Positions 40,099 through 64,000 of a stretch of DNA of 64,000 bases are shown here, piece by piece (position 1 is the first letter of the stretch; each line of letters starts with the position of its first letter). The stretch lies in the NCBI GenBank assembly GCA_963693365.1, contig CAVNZM010000006.1:496001-560000 (forward strand), in the 5' to 3' direction. This stretch comes from Amoebidium appalachense (taxonomy: Eukaryota > Protista > Ichthyosporea). The notes below the pieces were generated by a model, which worked only from the letters and a program-made list of their open reading frames with translations, searched no databases and was not told where the DNA came from. Position numbers and translations under genes: made by a program.

Positions 40099-41246
40099 GG
40101 TGTGCGTGCGTGCCTGTGTTTGCCCGTATGTGCAGATTGAGTGGTTCACCGTATGTTCTATGTGCGTGTGTGTGCGCTTTTTATCCCGCCATCACCAGTG
40201 GTTTCAATGTGTTCCGGCGGGTGGCTAGTGGACCTACTCCTACAAAAAATGTTCCTTTCGAAAACACCGCGCGGAGTTTTCTCAACAGGCTTCCTTTGTA
40301 CATGTCGGCGAAGTACAACTGGCGACAGGCCTCCGAATTCCGTGAGACAATAGAATTCAAAAGGAATGCGGTAAAATAGCTCCTTTGGCAATCAATAATA
40401 AATAATCAGAGTAAGCCATTAAAAATAGTATAACTATAAAACTGATAATGGCTTTTTAGAAATTCAATAAAGTTTATTTTCATTACAAATCACACAGTCA
40501 TTCTGGTCATGATGATAAATTCCCGCAAAAGCTGCATGCCACTTTGGGCACCTATTGTGAGGTTACCGTTGTAACATTATCACATATAGCCGCACGCAAA
40601 ACACTACAGCTTTTATAAATATGTGTAGTAGTATATTATATGCATGTTCTGTAACTAACGCGCAATGGGCCATAGTTTTCTTAGCTTCGGACAGAGACTT
40701 TGAGGCTTTTCAGCGGCATTCTGAAGGAGTCCAATCAGGAGCGGATAAATAGATCTATTTAGTCTCCTTGTACTCCAAGAGGTGTTGTGAAATTTGCAGA
40801 GTTTCCGGAAATTCGGAATAGACAATGCAATGCCATATTTATCCCAATGGTTGCATGCTACCATAGCACCATTTATTACATTATGTTTAGTATTACGAGA
40901 CGAAAACTACTATTATGAACTTGCTTCAAAGGGAAAAAAAGAGCCAATTAACTGAATTTTTTTTTCGACCTTATGTGGGATTAGAAAGTCGTTATGCGGG
41001 CGTTCAACAACTTGCTTGAGCTGGCAAAAAAAAATAACCATTCTAAAAATAAAAAAAAATTCCCGCAACACGTGTGGGATTATAATCAGACAAGGCAGTA
41101 CTGGCCAGCCTCCATCTGCAGTCACTTTTCGTCTGTTCGTGGACATTCGACTCTGTCCATCGTCCATCGGTGCTGAGCACCTCTCGCTTAAAGCTTCGCA
41201 TATTCCACGATTTTTCGTCTACTTAATGCACGACCTTCACCTTCAC

Positions 41247-41292
<46 letters not shown>

Positions 41293-41342
41293 TGTGCGGT
41301 GTGTATGTGGTGTGCGGTGTGTGTGTGTGTGTGTGGTGTGCG

Positions 41343-41406
<64 letters not shown>

Positions 41407-41454
41407 TGTGCGGTGTGTATGTGGTGTGCGGTGTGTGTGTGTGTGTGTGGTGTG

Positions 41455-41507
<53 letters not shown>

Positions 41508-41560
41508 GTACATGTGTGCGTGTGTGTGTGGTGTGCGGTGTGTGTATTTGTGTGTGTGTG

Positions 41561-41631
<71 letters not shown>

Positions 41632-41645
41632 TGTGTGTGGTGTGC

Positions 41646-41701
<56 letters not shown>

Positions 41702-41722
41702 GTGTGAGTGAGTGAGTGTGTG

Positions 41723-41796
<74 letters not shown>

Positions 41797-42225
41797 GGGG
41801 GGGGGGGGGGGGGGGAGGGGGGGGGGGGGCACCTCTAAATCGGCCTGAAAGAAACCCTTATAATAAAATAAAGGAGCCGGGGTTTATTCAATTTGGTCAC
41901 GTCTTGTGGCCTCAGGTTTCAAAGGGTGGCGGCCAGGGTTTTAAGTCCTTCAAATTCGTGATTTTACAGCCGCAGTCAGATTGTGTCCAAGCATATCTAG
42001 AAGAATTTCATTCACAATATGTGCTAATTTGACTATCTGAGCTGTGCAATAGAGCCAGCATTTGACATTAAAACCAAAAGAAAAATGTGAAACCACTATA
42101 AGTAGGGTAGGAACCTAAAGAAAACACTAACTATCTGCTTGCAAAAGGGTATCAGGGAAACCACAGCCAAATCGGGACCCGCCACATAGCGGCTTAGTGT
42201 CCTACAAAACGAGAACCATTTACCC

Positions 42226-42256
<31 letters not shown>

Positions 42257-42512
42257 AAAAAAAAAAAAAAAGAAACCGGGGGACAAATAAAAGGAAACAA
42301 CGGATTAATTGCCAGGGCATCCGCAGACGTTGTTTAAACTTAATTACACGTATAACTAGTGCTAAAGAGAAAAAATCATATGTGCGATAGTGGTGCACAT
42401 GGTACCTGTTATAGCCATAACCCCAGCACCGTGTATATATATGTATTGCAGTGCAACTGTCTTAGAGGGCACATGCCCACCCACCGTGTGCCTGCATGGG
42501 TCTCTACCCACG

Positions 42513-62530
<20,018 letters not shown>

Positions 62531-62599
62531 GCTGCCCACTACCTGCCTGCCCTAGTATGGCAGGGCCTGCTTCGGTGGTATTATTCTCAGCGGCTATAA

Positions 62600-62850
62600 T
62601 TTTACAACTAACGTAAATTATTTCTACTGTAGGTGTTGGTGCCTGAAATTGCCAGTGTCTATGCAAAGTTTTCCGAAATTTGCCCTCGAAGTCTCGCAGT
62701 GACTCGCAGTCTCGCACAGTCGCACTCAGTCAGATCAGCGGGGGGATGTTTGTGTCTTTACGGCCAATCAAGCCGCGGTACCTTCGCGCCATTTTTTCGA
62801 TTGCCCAATCATCGTGAGCACCATTCTGAACCCACTGATTGGTGGCTTGC
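62600..62850 (-). promoter_or_regulatory. Putative CTF18 promoter with CCAAT boxes and an E2F-like site
   Basis: CCAAT at ~62764 and ~62805, ATTGG at ~62838, TTCGCGCC at 62783-62790, 230-310 bp upstream of the ATG. Motif match only. Confidence 0.35.
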
Positions 62851-64000
62851 TGACAGCTCACTCAGCTCAGCTACTCTTGCTCATGTAGGTTGCTTGCTTT
62901 TTTTTAGTGTGAAAGGGAAGTAGACTAAGGCAGCGTTGTAACTGTAACTTGATTGTCTAAACGATACCATATGCACCGCAGTGTTCGACTTACAGCGGTT
63001 GCAGTGGTGGGTTCGGTGCTTGCTGCGCAGGTCCATAAATTCAGGCTTTTGTGCTGTCCAGGATAGTAGTGTGCGCTCTCAGCCCTTATGCTCTGGCAGT
63101 CGTAGCTAAAGGGATGCGCTAGTCATCTGCTAAAAAGACTGATGCTGCCTGGTAAACCCCAGGACTGCGGGAAACCCCTTGTGCATGAGTTAGCAACTCT
63201 TAAACGTTCGTACAATCATGCATGATGTGCTGGCTTGAGTAGGCTTGAGCCTCTCTCACAAGCATGGCCACATGACTCTCTTAACTTTCAATGTTTTGCT
63301 CTGGATGTTGTATAGATAGGTGTTCATATATCTATAGTAAAACCTGGAGCCGTGAGCTGATAGTGCTGTATCTGTATGTGGTCTGCCGCCATGTGTTCAA
63401 CATCCGGGAACTGATGTCAGTGGGCATGCGTGCACGCTTTGTCTGTGAACGTGCAGATGTTACGTGTATCATTGTTCTTGATGAGCATGAACGACCTCCT
63501 CCGCATTCACCCTCCAGGCTTGCACTTGGCAAGTTAGTGTCAAAGGCGACTTATGTGCACAGGTACTGTTACAATCTCTGTTTTTCAGGCTCTCCGACGA
63601 GAGTCTCCGTGCGTGCATGGCAACCTCTGCAACATCATCTATCTAGTTACCATATATGGGCACCAATAATTTTACCTGCGAATCACTAGCCGCTAAATCT
63701 GGCGCGCACAGTTGCAGTCTCCCAGTCGCAGAGCGACGAGCAATTGCAAAAGAGCGACGCAGACCAGCCTCAGGTGGCTTAGACTCGAGAGTCTCACAGT
63801 CAGTCTCAGACTCGAACTTGTCCAAGGGAGGGGCTCACGATTCATAGTTCTAGTGTGGCCGGTCAATATGTGGGCCCGGGCCGTGTTTGTACTGGCCGCC
63901 CTGTGCGTGGGGGCGCTGGGTGACGTCAAGTGGCGCAAGCCAAACTATCTGGTGAGTAGATGTTCTTTTATGTGTTCTTCTATGTCCGTATGCGCGGATG

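Noticed and set aside
40400-41230. AT-rich transposon-like texture, including a TTAA-AG Kolobok-like end near 41188
   Set aside because: No matching second terminus or TSD could be identified by eye.
41188-41832. Long HT/CV/RV/ER/poly-P/poly-G ORFs here and throughout the track
   Set aside because: They are translations of microsatellites and homopolymers, open in several frames at once, with no protein motifs.
63291-64000. Short ORFs and a GTGAGT donor near 63952 suggesting a divergent gene
   Set aside because: No consistent reading frame or recognisable motif within the window.

Overview
Eukaryotic, intron-rich genomic DNA. Introns are full of poly-C/poly-G runs and (CA)/(GT)/(GA) microsatellites, so almost all ORFs in the supplied track are repeat artefacts. 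Manual splicing gives five genes: a ceramide kinase (+, 5' end outside the window, ends 9277), a Cdc25 phosphatase (+, 12993-18481), a PX-domain protein (-, 21243-25682) with an intact tRNA-Val(CAC) inside one intron, a secreted proteinase-K-like subtilase with PVTVDR repeats and a CBM4/9-like tail (-, 33692-40098), and CTF18 (-, 42513-62530). Three structurally intact non-autonomous mobile elements are readable: a 228-bp hAT-like MITE with an 8-bp TSD, a 1142-bp Copia-type TRIM with near-identical LTRs and a half-tRNAiMet primer site, and a 688-bp TIR element (ISL2EU/Harbinger-like) inside a CTF18 intron. A recurrent oddity is that many 3' splice sites are directly preceded by (CA)n instead of a U-rich pyrimidine tract. 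The gene mix suggests a unicellular opisthokont, possibly an ichthyosporean-like holozoan; this is inference only. All exon models were read by eye and need RNA-seq confirmation.
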